Notes: generated by a model not told the origin, from the letters alone. A stretch of DNA of 64,000 nt from Chiloscyllium plagiosum (GCF_004010195.1 NW_025215364.1:47700-111699), one strand, 5' to 3'. Positions 1 through 14,509 are shown, numbered from the stretch's first letter. Numbers and translations: made by a program.

Positions 1-489
1 CATCCAAAACATTATTCTAGATTGAAAACTGTTGTTAAACTCACACTGGTCCCTGAGGAATTTCACTAGTTACAGCTTTGCAATGTGAAAACAAGTAATT
101 ATCGCTATTCTGTATTTACCGACATCTAACTAGGGCTCCTCTGTTCCTGTGTACCAGGCTAGAAGTTTTGTATGGCCTCCTGCTGTGCTGTGTAGCTGTT
201 GTCGTTTTGTTTCTGATCTCAGTGATTCTCCTTCCGGCCATTTATTGTCAGATGATCAGGTGGAGTTCGTACTGTAAATGCTCCTGATCCCTGAGCATTT
301 AAAAGATGAGCACAGAATATTGACTTACATTTGGGGGGATCGCTACCCAGTCGAAAATGCTGTCTTTCTGATGCAGCAATGCAATAATTCTGCAATATCA
401 GTCATGTGCTCAATTTTTACCTTTAGACACTGAGGAGGAGGGGAGATTTCCTATTAGACTGATTAACATTTCCTATTAGACTGATTTGT

Positions 490-780
490 GGGCAGCACGG
501 TGGCACAGTGGTTAGCACTGTTGCCTCACAACGCCAGAGACCCGGGTTCCATTACCACCTCAGGCGACTGACTATGTGGAGGTTGCACATTGTCTGCGTG
601 GGTTTCCTTCGGATGCTCCAGTTTCCTCCCACAGTCCAAAAGTGTGCAGGTTAGGTGAATTGGCCATGCTAAATTGCCCATAGTGTTAGGTGAAGGGGAA
701 AGCGTCTGGGTGGGTTGCGCATTGGTGTGGACTTGTTGGGCTGAAGGACCTGTTTCCACACTGTAAGTAATCTAATCTAA
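490..780 (+). mobile_element. tRNA-derived SINE (shark HE1/V-SINE type)
   Basis: A-box-like GGTGGCACAGTGG, B-box-like GGGTTCCATTACC, a central TGCGTGGGTTTCC core and an (AATCT)n tail. Confidence 0.85.
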
Positions 781-889
781 CATGTGTCCCCTTAACAACA
801 CAACCAATAATCTTCATCATTAATTTCATTTTTGGCTATTGGTGCTGTGTTGAATAATTTTCACTGTCACTAAACAGTAAAGTAAACTA

Positions 890-1260
890 TTCTCTCTGAG
901 AGGTGACCTTATGGAGGTTTATAAAATCATGAGGGGCATGGATAGGACGAATAGGCAAGGTCCTTTCCCTTGGGTAAGGGAGTCCAGAACTAGAGGGCAT
1001 AGGCTTAAGGTGAGAGGAGCAAGATATATAAGGGACCTAAGGGGCAACTTGTTCAAACAGAGTATGGTCTGTGTGTGGAAAGAGCTGCCGGAGGAAGTTG
1101 GGCAGGCTGGTAAAATTACAATGTTTAAAGTCATCCAGGTGGGTATATGGAAAGGAATGATTCAGAGGGATATGAGCGAAATGCTGGCAAATAAGGACAT
1201 CTAGTTGGCAAGGATGAGTTGGACCAAAGTGCCTTTTTCCCAGATGTATATCGCTATTGC
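890..1260 (+). mobile_element. CR1 LINE 3' fragment
   Basis: [17 protein letters not shown]...RTRGHRLKVRG...VWKELPEEV, the CR1 ORF2 C-terminus. Confidence 0.85.
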
Positions 1261-1574
1261 ACTATGACTGAATCCTTCATTCTATTCCCGTGTATCTCCT
1301 TAGAGGGGCAGAATTGTCTCCTCCTGCCTCATTGCAGTGTTACTGACTGGCTGAATTGGGTCTTCCTTTCCCTCTGTAACAGCCTGAAAGGGTGCAGTGA
1401 GAGAACAACATGGGTTAAGAGCTCTAGCCAGCTGCTAAGTTTGTACAGATCATGGCTGGTCTGTTTGCGACTGAAAACCTATTTCTTATCTATTCCCAAT
1501 AAACACTGACTCCCCATTCCAATAAAGGTCAGTCAAGGTGAGCCTTGAATATCTTCAATGACCCCCATTACGTT

Positions 1575-2535
1575 TCATCATTCACATAAATGATTTGGAT
1601 GTGAGCATCAGGAGTATAGTCAGTACGTTTGCAGATGTCACCAAAATTGAAGATGTAGTGGACAGCGAAGAAGCTTATCTCAGATTACAATGGGATCTTG
1701 ATCAGTTGGGTCAATGGTATGAGAAGTGGCAGATGGAGTTTAATTTAGATAAATATGAGGTGCTGCATTTTGGGAAAACAAATCTTAGCAGGACTTATAC
1801 ACTTAATGGTAAGGTCCTCGGGAGTGTTGTTGAACAAAGAGACCTTGGAGTGCAGGTTCATAGCTCCTTGAAAGTAGAGTCGCAGGTACATAGGATAGTG
1901 AAGAAGGCGTTTGGTATGCTTTTCCATATTGGTCAGAGTATTAGTACAGGAGTTGGGAGGTCATGTTGGGGCTGTAAAGGACATTGGTTAGGCCACTGTT
2001 GGAAACTTCCGTGCAATTCCGGTCTCTTATCTATCGAAAGGATGTTGTGAAACTTGAAAGTGTTCAGAAAAGATTTACAAAGATGTTGCCAGGGTTTGAG
2101 GATTAGAGCTATAGGTAGAGGTTAAGTTGGCTAGGGCTGTTTTCCCTGGAGCATCGGAGGCTAAGAGGTGACCATATGGAGGTTTAAAAAATCATGAAGG
2201 GCATGGATAGGATAAATAGACAAAGTATTTTCCCTAGGTGTGGGAGTCCAGAACTGGAGGGCATAGGTTTAGGGTGAAAGGAGAAAGAAATAAAAGAGAC
2301 CTAAGAGGCAACCTTTTCCACGCAGAGGGTGGTACATGTGTGGAATGAGCTGCAAGAGGAAATGGTGGAGGCTGGTACAAGGCATCTGGATGGCTATATG
2401 AATAGATGGGGTTTGGAGGGATATAGGCCAGGTGCTGTCAGGTGGGACTAGATTAGGTTGGGATATCTGTTCGGCATGGCTCAGTTGGGCCGAAGGGTCT
2501 GTTTCCATGCTGTACATTTCTATGACTCTCTGACT
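1575..2535 (+). mobile_element. CR1 LINE RT to 3' end, decayed
   Basis: INDLDV...FADVTKI...WQMEFNLDK...QRDLGVQVH, with a CTCTATGACTCT-type tail. Confidence 0.88.
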
Positions 2536-3039
2536 CTTTGGCCCAGTCTTCACTGTTCCCTGGGGTTGAGAATACTGGACAGCACAACCCTAAGGAGATA
2601 GGAACAACCTTATCTCAATCTTAAATGGTAGAACCTCTAAATTTAAAAGTGTATGAACCTCACTGCAAGTCAGCTTCTCTTTTTTTAAAAAAAGTGAAGG
2701 CACAACCAATAGGAAAGACATAGATCATTCAGCCTCTGAAACCTATCCCACATTCCCATTGACTCTGTTCAGTAAAGTATTTATCAAATTCAGCCTCCAC
2801 TGCTTTCTTGTGTCGACATTTCAGATCACGTAAACCATAGAGAATATTAAATTGGTGCAGAACTAGCGTGTTTGGTCCATCGAGTCTGATCTGCTGACTT
2901 GTTTCTCAACAAAATTCTCCCACCTTCTCACTGTAACCCTTGATCCCCTTATCAGTCAAAATATATCTATCTCTGTCGTAAAGACAGAATTGTGTCTGTT
3001 TCTCTGCATGTCTGTACGTTCGTGTGTGTGTGTTTCGGG

Positions 3040-3650
3040 ATTATTGGCAGGAGGCAGAGGGTGGTGGAGGAGGGTTATCTTTGGTACTGGAGGCATGTGA
3101 CCAGCAGTGTTTCATAGGGATTGGTGCTGGATCCACTTTTGGTTGTCATTTATTTCAATGATTTAGATGAGAATTATAGAAGGCATGGTGAGTCGGTTCA
3201 TGCATGATACCAAGAATTGTTATATAGTGAAAGGTGAAGAAGGTTGCATAAGATTACAAAGTGAGTGATCTTTCCAAATTGAATCGATGAATTATAGAGT
3301 TGTATAGCACAGAAACAGACTCTTTGGTCCAACACATTCGTGCCAACCAGATGTCCTAAATTAAATTAGTTTCATTTTATATCATTTGTTCCATATCCCT
3401 CTAAACCTTTCGAATTCATCCATACATATGGCTTTTAAATGCTGTAATTGTAGCAGCCTCCACTACTTTCTCTGGCAGCTCATCGCGTACATACACGATG
3501 AAATTGTGAAATTGGCCCCCTTAGGTCCCTTTTAAATCCTGTCCGTCTTACCTTACATCTATGTCCTCTAGTTTTGGACTTCCCTACACTAGGGTAAAGA
3601 CCCTGACTATTCACCCTCTCCATGGTCTTCATAATTTTATAAACCTCTAG
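3040..3650. mobile_element. CR1 fragments (plus-strand RT piece followed by a minus-strand 3' piece); the same arrangement recurs at 32390-32980
   Basis: RQRVVVEG...LFVIY-like RT segment, then EVYKIMK...TRGHR on the minus strand. Confidence 0.7.
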
Positions 3651-4560
3651 AATGTGCAAATTTGACTCCAATCAACACGAATGGCTGCGCTTTCAGTAAA
3701 CGTGGGTCTAAATTCGGAAATTCAATACTGACACTTCTTCCTTCTCCAACACATCACAATCTTAAAATCAGTTTAATCAACTTGTTCAGCCACATTATGA
3801 AACACCTCTGTGGGATTTTAATCTAGACTTTTGAGCTCAGAGGTAGGGACACTACAACCATTTGGCAATAATCCCTAAAGCTGCAACATTATTCCCCTCT
3901 GTGCTTATTCATCAGCCTGTTTTGAAATACTGTGACATACCTCCGTGACAGACAGGAGTTGAATCCAGACCTTCTGGTCCAGAGTGAGAGACACTAGCAC
4001 GCAAGTTCAGATATTGGAATATAACCCAGAGCTCTAGTTCAGAGGCGTGGGCGTTACCCACTGTACAAGAATTAAACCATGCACAGATTTTGGTTCACAC
4101 TTTAAATGCCAGGTTTCAGCTCAGTGTGGATACATTAAAATTTGGTTCACTTTACTGAATTATACAGTTAAAATAATTACATTTTTTAACAGATGAATGG
4201 TACTCTCCTCAAATGTAGAATGTTGAGTTTAGATGCTCTGCCTTCGAGATAAACTATGAAGATATTTAATTGTTTGGCTATGATTTCCACCTCAAGTGGC
4301 TATTATCTGACATCTGCAATATGAGGGAAAGACATCCTGCAGACACAGTCTGCACGATCTGGAATAGATACTTATCACTAAACACCAAAGATGAAGAAAG
4401 AGCGTACGTTCTGGATCAAAAACACCAATCACTCTTTCCCGACTGTAACATGTGATTGCCCTCTTTTTAAAACCACGAAATGATCCAAGACAGCTGACTA
4501 CTTTCCCGCCTTTCTTCGCCAATTGTATCACTCACTGGGTTGAGGAGTGCCAGATTGAGT

Positions 4561-4872
4561 TTAGATTAGATTACTTACAGTGTGGAAACAGGCCCTTCGG
4601 CCCAACAAGTCCACACCGCCCCGCCGAAGCGCAACCCACCCATACTCCCACATCTACCCCTTACCTAACACTACGGGCAATTTAGCATAGCCAATTCACC
4701 TGACCTGCACATCTTTGGACTGTGGGAGGAAACCGGAGCACCCGGAGGAAACCCACTCAGACACGGGGAGAATGTGCAAACTCCACACAGACAGTCGCCT
4801 AAGGCGGGAATTGAACCCGGGTCTCTGGCGCTGTGAGGCAGCAGTGCTAACCACTGTGCCACCGTGCCGCCC
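4561..4872 (-). mobile_element. tRNA-derived SINE, young copy
   Basis: Reverse complement of the same family, with an (AGATT)n tail at 4561. Confidence 0.88.
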
Positions 4873-5009
4873 ACTAATTTCAATAAATACAATGTATCAC
4901 AATTTGATAAAACAAACATGGAGAGAACATATACAATTAAATGTCAGGCCATTGGTAGCGTTGTAGAAAAGATAGATCTAGAGTTTCTGTTGTATTTCTT
5001 TTAAGTTTG

Positions 5010-7130
5010 TGTGGGCAGAATGGTTATGAAGGCATTTGGCTTGCTGGCCTTCATTGCTCAGACCTTTGAGTACGGGAGATGGAACATTATCTTCAAGATG
5101 TGCAGGACATTTGTGAGGTCTCTCTTGAAGTACTGTGTGCAGTTCAGGTCACACAGTCACATTGAGGATATTATTAAACTGGAGACGGTTCAAAAAAGAT
5201 TTACTGGATTGTTGCTGGGAATGGAGTGTTTAAGTTTTCAGGACAGACTCGATGGACTGGGACCTTTTCCACTTCAGCGTAGAAGGTTGAGACCTAATAA
5301 ACCTTATAAAGGTTCATAAAACAATGAGGGGTATAGATAATGTTGAATGGCAGGTGTCCTTTCACTCGGTGGGAGATTTCAAGACTGGGGGTAATTTTAA
5401 GATGAGCAAGCAAGTTTTACAGAATGCATAGTGTCATAGAGCTGTCCAGCATGGAAACAGACCCTTCTATCCAACGCGTCCCTACTGACCAGATACATTA
5501 ATGTAGTTCTATTTTCCAGCATTTGGCCCATAATACCCCTAACCACTTCCTATTCATGTGCCCAGCCAGATGCCTTTCAAACGTTGTAATTGTCCCTGTT
5601 TCCACAACTTCTCAGGCAGCTCGTTATATATAAAGCATCTTCTCTTTGAAAACGCTGCCCCTTAGATCCCTTATAAATCTTTCCTCCCTGACCTTCAACC
5701 TATTTCCTCTAGCTTTGGAGAGTGCTACCCTGGGGAATAGACCTTGGGTATTGACACTATCCATTCCACTTATGACTATATAAACCTCTAAGATCATCTC
5801 TCGACCGCTGATGCTCCAGGGAAAATATTCAGCCTCTCCAGAAATCTAAAAACATGTAACCCTGGTAACATTTTGTTTTTTTTTTAAACCCTTTAAGATT
5901 TCACACATCCTCCTTCAAAGAGGGAGACCGTAATTGCACGAAGTAATCAATAGTGACCTAACCAATGTCCTGCACAGCCACAATATGACCTTCCAACTCC
6001 TACATTCAACGCACTGACCAACAACGACAAGCATATCAAACACCTTCTTCACTATCCTATATGCTTGCAACTCCACTTTCAAAGTACTATGAGTCTGCAC
6101 TCCAAGGTCTCTTTGTTTAGCAACACACCCCAGGGACTTAACGTTAAAAGCATAAGCCAAGCCTTGATTTTCCTTTCCAAAATGCAACTTCACATTTATC
6201 TAACTTGAACTCCATCTGCCACTCCTCAGCCCATTGGTCCATCTGATCAAGTTCCAGTTACACTCTGAGGTAATCATTTTCTCTGTCCATTACACCTTCA
6301 ATTATGGTGTCAAATATGAGCATACTAACTATACCTCCTGTGTTCATATCCAAAGCATTTATGTAAATGATGAACAGCAGTAGACCCAGCACCAATCTAT
6401 GTGGCACATTACTGGTCACGGGCCTCTAGTCTGAAAAACAACCCTCCACCACCACCCTCCGTATTCTATCTTTGAGCTAGTTCTGTATCCAAATGGCTAG
6501 TTTTCCTTGTGTTCCATGAGATCTCACCTTGCTATCAGTCTCCCATTGGGAACGTTGTCGAACGCTTTACTGAAGTCCATATTGATCACTTCCACTGCTC
6601 TGCCTTAACCAATCCTTTTTGTTACTTCTTCAAGAAAAAAATAATCAAGTTCGTGAGACATGATCTCCCATGCACAAAGCCATGTTCACTTTGCTTTATC
6701 AGTCCTTGCCTTTCCAAATCCATGTAAATCCTGCTGTTCGTATTCTCTCCAACAACTTGCTCACCATCGATGTCAGTCTTACTGGTCGATTTTTCCCTGG
6801 CTTTTCCTTGCCAGTTTGTTTAATAATGGCACCACGTTGGTCATCTCATATCTTCCGGCACTTCACATGTGACTATTGATGATAAGAACATCTCATCAAG
6901 ATTTCCAGCAATCGAGCTTCTCAGAGTTCTTGTGTGTACCTGATCAGGACCTATGAAGTGCGTTTCTGTTACACATCTTTTGGTTCATGTATGGCATGAA
7001 CGTCCTCAGAAGTGATAGATGTGGGTAAAGTTACAATGTTTAAAAGACATTTTATTAAGTACAAGAATAAGAGAAGGTTTGGAGACATATGGTCCAAGCG
7101 CAGGAATGTGGGACTAGTTTTTTGTAGGTT
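5010..7130. mobile_element. Nested CR1 fragments: a plus-strand 3' piece interrupted by a ~1.5 kb minus-strand CR1 (about 5430-6940)
   Basis: KAFGLLAFI...LETVQKRFT on the plus strand; LHFGKEN...QRDLGVQ on the minus strand. Confidence 0.75.
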
Positions 7131-7159
7131 AGATTACTTTGTCTATTCCAAGCTTGCCT

Positions 7160-8565
7160 ATTTGTGTGTGTCTATATGTGTATCAGTGTGTATCTATCTC
7201 TGTGTGTTCTGCAATAGTGTGTGCATGTATGTTTGTATCTCTATCTCTGCATGCGTGTGCAATGGGAACTGTTTCTATTTGGGGTGTATCATTGAATGGG
7301 GTTCAAAGCCTCCCTCCCTCTCCCTCTCCCTCTGTCTCTCCCGCTTTTGCTGAAAGTGATACAATGTCATGCTCTGTTGTGTGCTTTAGGACTTTTCAAT
7401 CCTTTCATACATGTAAGATTTATTTGCAAGGTGAAGTCACAAAACATTGCATTTTACCAGAAGTGTGTGTGCGTATGTGTGTGTGTCAATGTATGTGTGC
7501 CTCTGTGAGTGTCTATGTGTTTATATGTCTGTTTGTGTGTGTAGCTGTGTGTATGTATGTGCGTCTGTGTGTGCATGTCTTTGTGTGTCTGTGTGTCTGT
7601 GTGTGTTAGTGTCTGCCTTTGTGGCGTGTGTGCGTGCCTGTGCGTCTGTGTATATCTGTGCTTGCAAGCGTGCGCATGTGTGTGGGGAATGTGGGTGTCT
7701 GTGTNNNNNNNNNNNNNNNNNNNNNNNNNNNNNNNNNNNNNNNNNNNNNNNNNNNNNNNNNNNNNNNNNNNNNNNNNNNNNNNNNNNNNNNNNNNNNNNN
7801 NNNNNNNNNNNNNNNNNNNNNNNNNNNNNNNNNNNNNNNNNNNNNNNTTGCGTGGGGGGGTTCAGATCCGTTTTGGGCAAGTCACGGAGATTATGAATGT
7901 GGGGGGGGGGGGGGGGAGTGTGGATATCTTTCTGTGTGTTTGTGCGTGTGTTAGTACGTATATGTCTCTCTATCTGTCTGTATGTCGGTGTCTGTGTGTG
8001 TGTTTCTGTGTCCGTGTGTGTGTCTGTGCTGAACAAATGTGGTACTGAAAAAGCACAACCGCTCAGGCAACATCCAAGGAGCAGGAGAGTCGAAATATCG
8101 AGCATTATCACTTCATTAGGAATGAGGCTTTTGGGCTGAGGAATAAATGGAAGGGGGTGGAGCTAGGGGGAAGGTAGCTGGGATGGGGATTGTTAAATGA
8201 AGATGGGGTGAAGGTGATAGGTCGGAGTGGAGGGTGGAGTGGATAGGTGGGAAGGAAGATTGACAGGTAGTACAGTTCAAGAAGGAGATGCAGAGTTGGA
8301 GGGTTGGATCTGGAATAAGGTGGGGGAGGGGAAATAAGGAAACTGGTGAAATCCGTGGCTGTGTGTGTGTTGGTTGTGTCTGTGCATGTGCGTGGTGGCT
8401 GTGAGTATGTGTGTGTCTGTGTGTAGCTGTATGTGTGCCTGCATGTGTGCCTGTTTCTGTGAGTGTGTGCGTGTGTGTCAGTGTGTGCTTGTCAATGTCT
8501 GTGTCTGTCTGTGTCTGTCTATGTGTATTTGTCTGTGTGTGTGTCTGTTAGTGTGTGTGTGTGTT
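7160..8565. repeat. Degenerate (GT)n-rich low-complexity tracts (with a gap at 7705-7847 and a Penelope-derived piece at about 8040-8350)
   Basis: TGTGTG-rich sequence; the overlapping Cys/Val-rich ORFs are artefactual. Confidence 0.85.
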
Positions 8566-9579
8566 GATGGTGCTGTGAGCACCATCCCTCTGTCCCTCCT
8601 AAACAGAATCCCTGATGATTTTCACCCTCCACTTCCACCTGTACAGTGGTGTAGGGAGACCAGCAGAGACTGACAACAACATAAAGCTCATCAGGTCTGG
8701 CAGCAATCTGCGGACAGAAATGAAAGGACGCTTCCTCAGAGCTCGTGTCAGAGGGATATTACATCAATTTAAGCACGTAGAGACTGTGTGGAATGTCTGT
8801 AGGTATTTCTCTTGCTCCACGGTAACTTTTTCAATATTTAACTTCCCCTTTCTGGTGAGTGTCAGTATTTAAGACTGTCCTCAGGGAGTGTGTTCATATT
8901 GCACATGCTCACAATGGTGAGGGAGTCAGTATTTCTGTGTGGCGTGTGACTGTAGGACAATTTCAATGTTTGCAGATACCAAACCTGGAAGAAGTGTGTG
9001 GAGGACAGTGTGGAACTCCAACAGGACAGTGACACGTTGGTGTAGTTTTCAGGTTTATGGCAGATCAGGATCAATGCAGAGTAGTGTGAGGTGGTGCACC
9101 TTGGAAGGAATAACTCTGAAAGTCAATATAAAACCTGCTGTACCATTATAAAGCGGGTGTAGGAGCACAGATTATTGAAGATGTCAGGACAAGTGGGGAG
9201 AGCAGTAAATATCACAGATTAGTTTCAGTATCTGAGCTGTTTACAGGAGGAGGTGTAGGAGGGAGTCTTCGTGCTCCCTTCCTGGGAGGTGGTTGTGACG
9301 ATGTGTTGTGAGCCGACCCTCCTGCCCACCGAGACCGTGGGGATTCCATTTGTACCAGATCGACATAAAAGGAAGATGGCATCATGGCCACGGCTTCTAA
9401 GTTGCGCTGGGGAGAATGGAACTGACAGTGGGTTTAAAGTGAGAATTGCCCTACACTGAACATTGCTCCTTACTCAGCTGGTGGGATGGGGATGTTTCAG
9501 AATCTCCACACGAGGCATCCCGATCCTCTCCGGCTACTACCAGGGTCCTCCCCACTTGGCAGTTGGGTGGGGAGGGGGA

Positions 9580-10159
9580 GCTGCTGGAATGATATCGGTC
9601 ACTCCACCATCCGGCTTGGCCCTTTCTGTCCAATTCCAGGCTGTTTCTCCAGGAATGGGAGAAAAGGAGGGAGTGAGGGCGCGTGTGGGTGGCACTGCTG
9701 TTAGTGCTGGTGCAGGTGGGGAGGGGAGATATGGTGAGGTGTCCGGAGGGAGTCAGTCGACAGTGTTCTTTCCATGCAGTGTTATTAGTGTTGGGGGTAA
9801 AGTGGAGGGAGAGAGATAGAGAAGGTGCCGCATGCAGCAGTGAGAGTGGTGGAGCATGAGCCTTGTTTGGGGGTAGTTGCTATAACAGATATACAGTGAG
9901 GGTGAGGGAGCAGAGAGAATATGATGACCCTTATCCTGACAGAGTGGGGAAGGTTATTGATGGTTGTCCTGTATTGCTGGACATTTCTTCAGACGGGAAA
10001 TACTGCATTGATCTGGGTGGTGAGCTCAGACCATGCTCGATTGGTCAGGTGGTGTGGCCCACTTTGGGAAGAGAATGGTCCTCCTCTGTACCAGTCTATC
10101 CACCAGGGCCTCCGTGTCTCTGTTGACAAACCGTTGTGTAATTGCCCCTTATCTTCCAT
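9580..10159 (-). mobile_element. Decayed PIF/Harbinger-type Myb/SANT DNA-binding ORF, copy A (two exon remnants)
   Basis: Frameshifted MEDKGQL..RFVNRDTEALVDRLVQRRTILFP..AWSELTTQINAVFPV*RNVQQYRTTINNLPHSVR at 10159-9935. After an intron-like gap, ETAWNWTERAKPDGGVTDI (about 9650-9590) resembles the ...ERxKTGGG end of Myb_DNA-bind_5 domains. Confidence 0.65.
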
Positions 10160-11751
10160 GCTCGTGGTAAACTGTGCAGGGCAGCTCCAAACTGAGAAAA
10201 TTCAACCGTGGGCCCATTGGCCTTTTAAAGATGGCACCAGTGCCAGGGATTATGGAATATCTAGGGTCATGTGGGCGATCGTCAGTACCTCCAGCCATGA
10301 AGGAAAATCGAGCTGGCATTGAATGAGAGGGACTCCATGGGTGAGGTGTGTAGTTAATGAGGTGAGTTCGATACAGTATCACCAGGGAACTAGCTCAGTC
10401 TCGTACAGACAACCCCTCGCTCATACTCAGTGAAAATGTCACTGTGACAAATTATTGTTAGATTCAACCCAATGAGTCGAAGACTCTACTGACCCTATTC
10501 CCAGTTACAAAACTGGAGAAAAAATGCTCATCCAAAACCCTCCAATTTCTGAACTCACACCAATATCCTGTTAATCGATCATTCCTGGAAACACCGGCTC
10601 ATGATGAAGGATACTGTTGAAATGTCTACATTTCAGCATTCTAGAAACTGTGAACAATCCTTCCAAGACATTGTCTCTCAATCTCTCCCTCTCTGTCTAT
10701 TCCACAAACCCCTCTCATTTGTTGATACTTAAACTGATTCCCCCACCATCTCTCTCTGGCAGTGATTTTCACACCCACAGCACACCTGTGTCATGACACA
10801 ATGGAGATCTGGGTAAATGGATGGATCTGCACATCCTGTCATTTCCAGTATGGGCTGCAAGTTTCCCCACGCTGGACAGTGATCTAACACAGTGTTACTG
10901 AGCAATGTACTGGGGTGATGGACACAGTTTCACACCCTGGTCACATATCTCATCTGTGTTTATAGATCAATGCACTGCTGTGGCCTGTATACCTTTCCAA
11001 TCTGGGTAGGTTGTGGTTTGTATTGCACAGTACACCCTGCTGAACACATATCTCATCTGGGTTTATTGATCAATGCACTGCGATAGTGTGCACAGTATTC
11101 CATTCTAGACTGATTGCAGGGTGGTGTTCAGCAGTACACTCGCCTGGTCGGTGCAGTGCTCCATGCTGAAAAGATATCTCCTCTGGGCTTATGGTGTCCG
11201 GTCTGGTTCTGTGAGGTGGATTGAGAATGTGATATAACTAATAATTTCAGTTGATATGGCAGTGCCTATATTTTTGTTCTCATTGATGTGATTGGACCCT
11301 CCAAATTCTGACTCCTACAGCCAGTCTTATTCTTCAGTCTACCTGCATAGTTCAGCAACTTGTTATCTCATGAGTAATTGTCCAGTTCCAATGTGAATAA
11401 CTGTCCTGTCCAATTCCCTGGCCTTTGGCATTGCTTACCCTGGAGCATCGGGATTCACGTGAGTAACCTCAGTAAGGTCATTCTGAGGATAACTGGGGTT
11501 CTTTCTGGGGACGGTGGGACCTCTATAAACAGGATGGTCTACACCTGAACCTGAGGGGCACCAGTATCCTTGGGGGGAGGTTTGCTAGTGCTCTTGGGGN
11601 NNNNNNNNNNNNNNNNNNNNNNNNNNNNNNNNNNNNNNNNNNNNNNNNNNNNNNNNNNNNNNNNNNNNNNNNNNNNNNNNNNNNNNNNNNNNNNNNNNNN
11701 NNNNNNNNNNNNNNNNNNNNNNNNNNNNNNNNNNNNNNNNNNNNNNNNNNN

Positions 11752-12880
11752 TCCTCAGATGCTGCCTGACCTGCTGTGCTTTTCCAGCACCACACACTGA
11801 ACCCAGTGTATATTCTTGATGGCCTCCTTCTTCAAAGAACCCAATTTCCCCTCCCACGTGGTCGACGATGTCATCCAGAGTATCTCATCCACTTCCCGCA
11901 GCTCCGTCTTTGAATTCCACCCCTCCAAACTCAACAGGAAAAGAACATCCTGTTCCTCACCTTCCATCCCATCAAATATCCAGTTACAACGCATTATCCT
12001 CTCCCATTTGCGCCACCTACAAACATACCCCACCACCAGGGATATATTTCCCTCCCCATCCCGATCTGCGTTCCATAAAGAACATTCCCGGTGCAACTCC
12101 TTTGTCAAGTCCACGCCAACCACCAACCCACCCTCCACTGCTGGCACCTTCCCCTGCCACCGCAAGATTTGGAAAACCTGCATCCTCACCTTCGTCCGAG
12201 ACCCCAAAGGATCCTTTCACATCCTTTGGAGTTTAACCTGCACTTCCACACACGTCGCCTACAGTATCCGTTGCTCCTGATCTCTCCTCGACATTGGGGA
12301 GACAGGACGCCAATGTGCGGAACATTTCAGAGGACATTTCTGAGATACCCACACCAACGAACCCCACCACCCCGTGGCTGCACACTTTAACTTCCCCTCC
12401 CACTTAGCCATGGACATGCAGGCCTCCTCTACCGCCAAACTTTAACCACCCAACGCCTGGAGGAAGAAACACTCATCTTTTGCCTTGGGAACCTAAAACC
12501 ACATGGGACCAATGTGGATTTCATCAGTTTTCTCATTTCCCCTCTTTATAACTCATCCCAGTTCCAAACTTCCAAATCAGCACCGCTCTATGACCTGTTC
12601 TACCTGCCTAACTTCCATCCCATCTATCCACTCCACCCTCCTCTCTGATATATCGCCTCCAACCCCAACTTCATCTACTTATCACATTCTCAGCTACCTT
12701 CACCCAACCACATCCCCTCCCATTTATCTCTCAGTATCCTTGGGCAACAAGCCTGGATTATGATGCAGGGCTTACACAAGAAGTGTCAATGCTCCTCTGA
12801 TGCTGCCTGACCTGCTGTGCTTTTCCAGCACAACATTCTCGACTCTGATCTTCAGCATCTGCAATCCTCACTTTCTCCCT
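11752..12880 (+). mobile_element. Penelope-like element 3' part (GIY-YIG region plus terminal repeat)
   Basis: MASFFKEPNFP...GTFPCHRK...TCTSTHVAYSIRCS*..IGETGR, followed by a GATGCTGCCTGACCTGCTGTGCTTTTCCAGC terminal motif that is also present at 11759. Confidence 0.75.
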
Positions 12881-13243
12881 TGAGTTAATGTATCCAGAAA
12901 TTTCCCATCAGACCTTCTATGCAGCTGGTCTGTTATTTTATCCCGGTCTCCTGCAGTGCTCTGGCAATACACCCACATAGAAAGAAAAAGTTAAAAAAGT
13001 GAAAAAATTATAGTCAGTCCATCAGTAACCCTCATCCATTCCATCGAGACTGAGTAAATATTCCCTTTTATTGTGATATGAAATGTTATGTAAGGAAGGG
13101 ATTAACTGTTTGTTCGGTGACTGTGATTAATGTCAGACTCCATGGTTTCTAATTATCCCAGTGAAGAGTTCCCGTTCAATGTGTTTTCCCAAAGTATGTG
13201 CGGGATCCTCACCGATAGCACTAATTGGGATCAGCAGCTCCAG

Positions 13244-13481
13244 ATGGAGAAGGGGAGGAGTGATCATAATATGAGAATATTAGACTGGAATGTTTCAACA
13301 ATTGATCAGAATCTGTGAATACTGGACTGAAATGTTCTAAAAATGGACAGGAGGTTATCCATTTATGTTTGATCTCTTTCTATATAATATGATTGGTTGT
13401 CATTATCATTGTGGATCTATTACGCTCTTCGCATTATTCAATATTTTTATTATCCTCTCCTGTCTATCGGTCGTGTCCCTG
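13244..13481 (+). pseudogene. GPR139-like first exon, pseudogenised, with 2 N-terminal repeat units
   Basis: One frame reads MEKGRSDHNMRILDWNVSTIDQNL*ILD*NVLKMDRRLSIYV*SLSI*YDWLSLSLWIYYALRIIQYFYYPLLSIGRVP-G|gtaag. It has a phase-1 donor that matches the phase-1 acceptor of the 59.98 kb exon, and four in-frame stops. Confidence 0.8.
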
Positions 13482-14509
13482 GTAAGTCTCACCGTCCAGC
13501 TATGTTTTTCTATAAACCAGTTATGACTGCGTTACTGTTCTTTCATATCATCTTCACTACTTGTCACCTTTATTGTTCATGTTGAGTCTCCGAATCCAGA
13601 TATTGACTCTGCAGATCACTACTAACTGCACCAGTGAACTTGTTCAATTACTGTCTCCTTCCTTGCTTCTGCCAGTGTTACTCATGAGTCTCTATGTTGG
13701 CCTATTCAGTTTCAGATGTGAACCATTGTCTCCCTGTCCTTGTTATTTAAATATTGGGAGTGTGGTGGTCATTGTTCTCTATTATGTTTACATACTCCAT
13801 TTCATTCCTGGGACTCCATCTCATCCCTGGCCAATATCTTTTTTTTAATCATGAATCGCTGCAGTCCACGTGCTGTGGTTGACCCACAATGCCGTTAGGG
13901 AGGGCATTCCAGGAATCTGACCCAACGACTGTGAAGGAACACTGGTATATTGCCAAGTCAAGTGGATGAGTGGCTTGGAGGGGAACTTGCAGGTGGTTTT
14001 TGACACAGACGAATCACAACTTTGGTGATCCCTTTAGCAATGAGCTAATTCCTGACACCATGTCCTGACCATTATTAACTTTAACTACTCACTGCTCCAG
14101 AATGTACTTCACTGGCTTAACTCATATGCTGTTTGAAGCTTGAGCTGTGGATCACAGACTTAATGATGACAACAATCTGCTGCTGAACCAAACCTGATTC
14201 GAACTCAGACCAAAATCCCATCAATCTGACATTAATGTTCACGCTGATCTATACCGCTATTGTGTCTACCAATGCCTTTATTTTAATATTCTTAAGCACT
14301 TTAACTCATCTGTCTATAAAACTTCCCTCAGTGTCTCTGTGTCGATTATCCAAATCCCTGACAGTTGTTCATATTTAATCTGGTTTCCTTTAAGTGTATT
14401 TCCTCTCAAGCAGTGATTTTCACACTCAACCACCCCAAATGCACGCCCCCACCACACGCACATACCTTATACTTGGCCAGGTTAATGTTGATTGAGGCAA
14501 ACAGGGCTG

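Noticed and set aside
490..570. tRNA genes at SINE heads
   Set aside because: They continue into the SINE core and tail and do not form complete cloverleafs.
7012..8673. Cys/Val-rich ORFs
   Set aside because: Translations of GT microsatellite.
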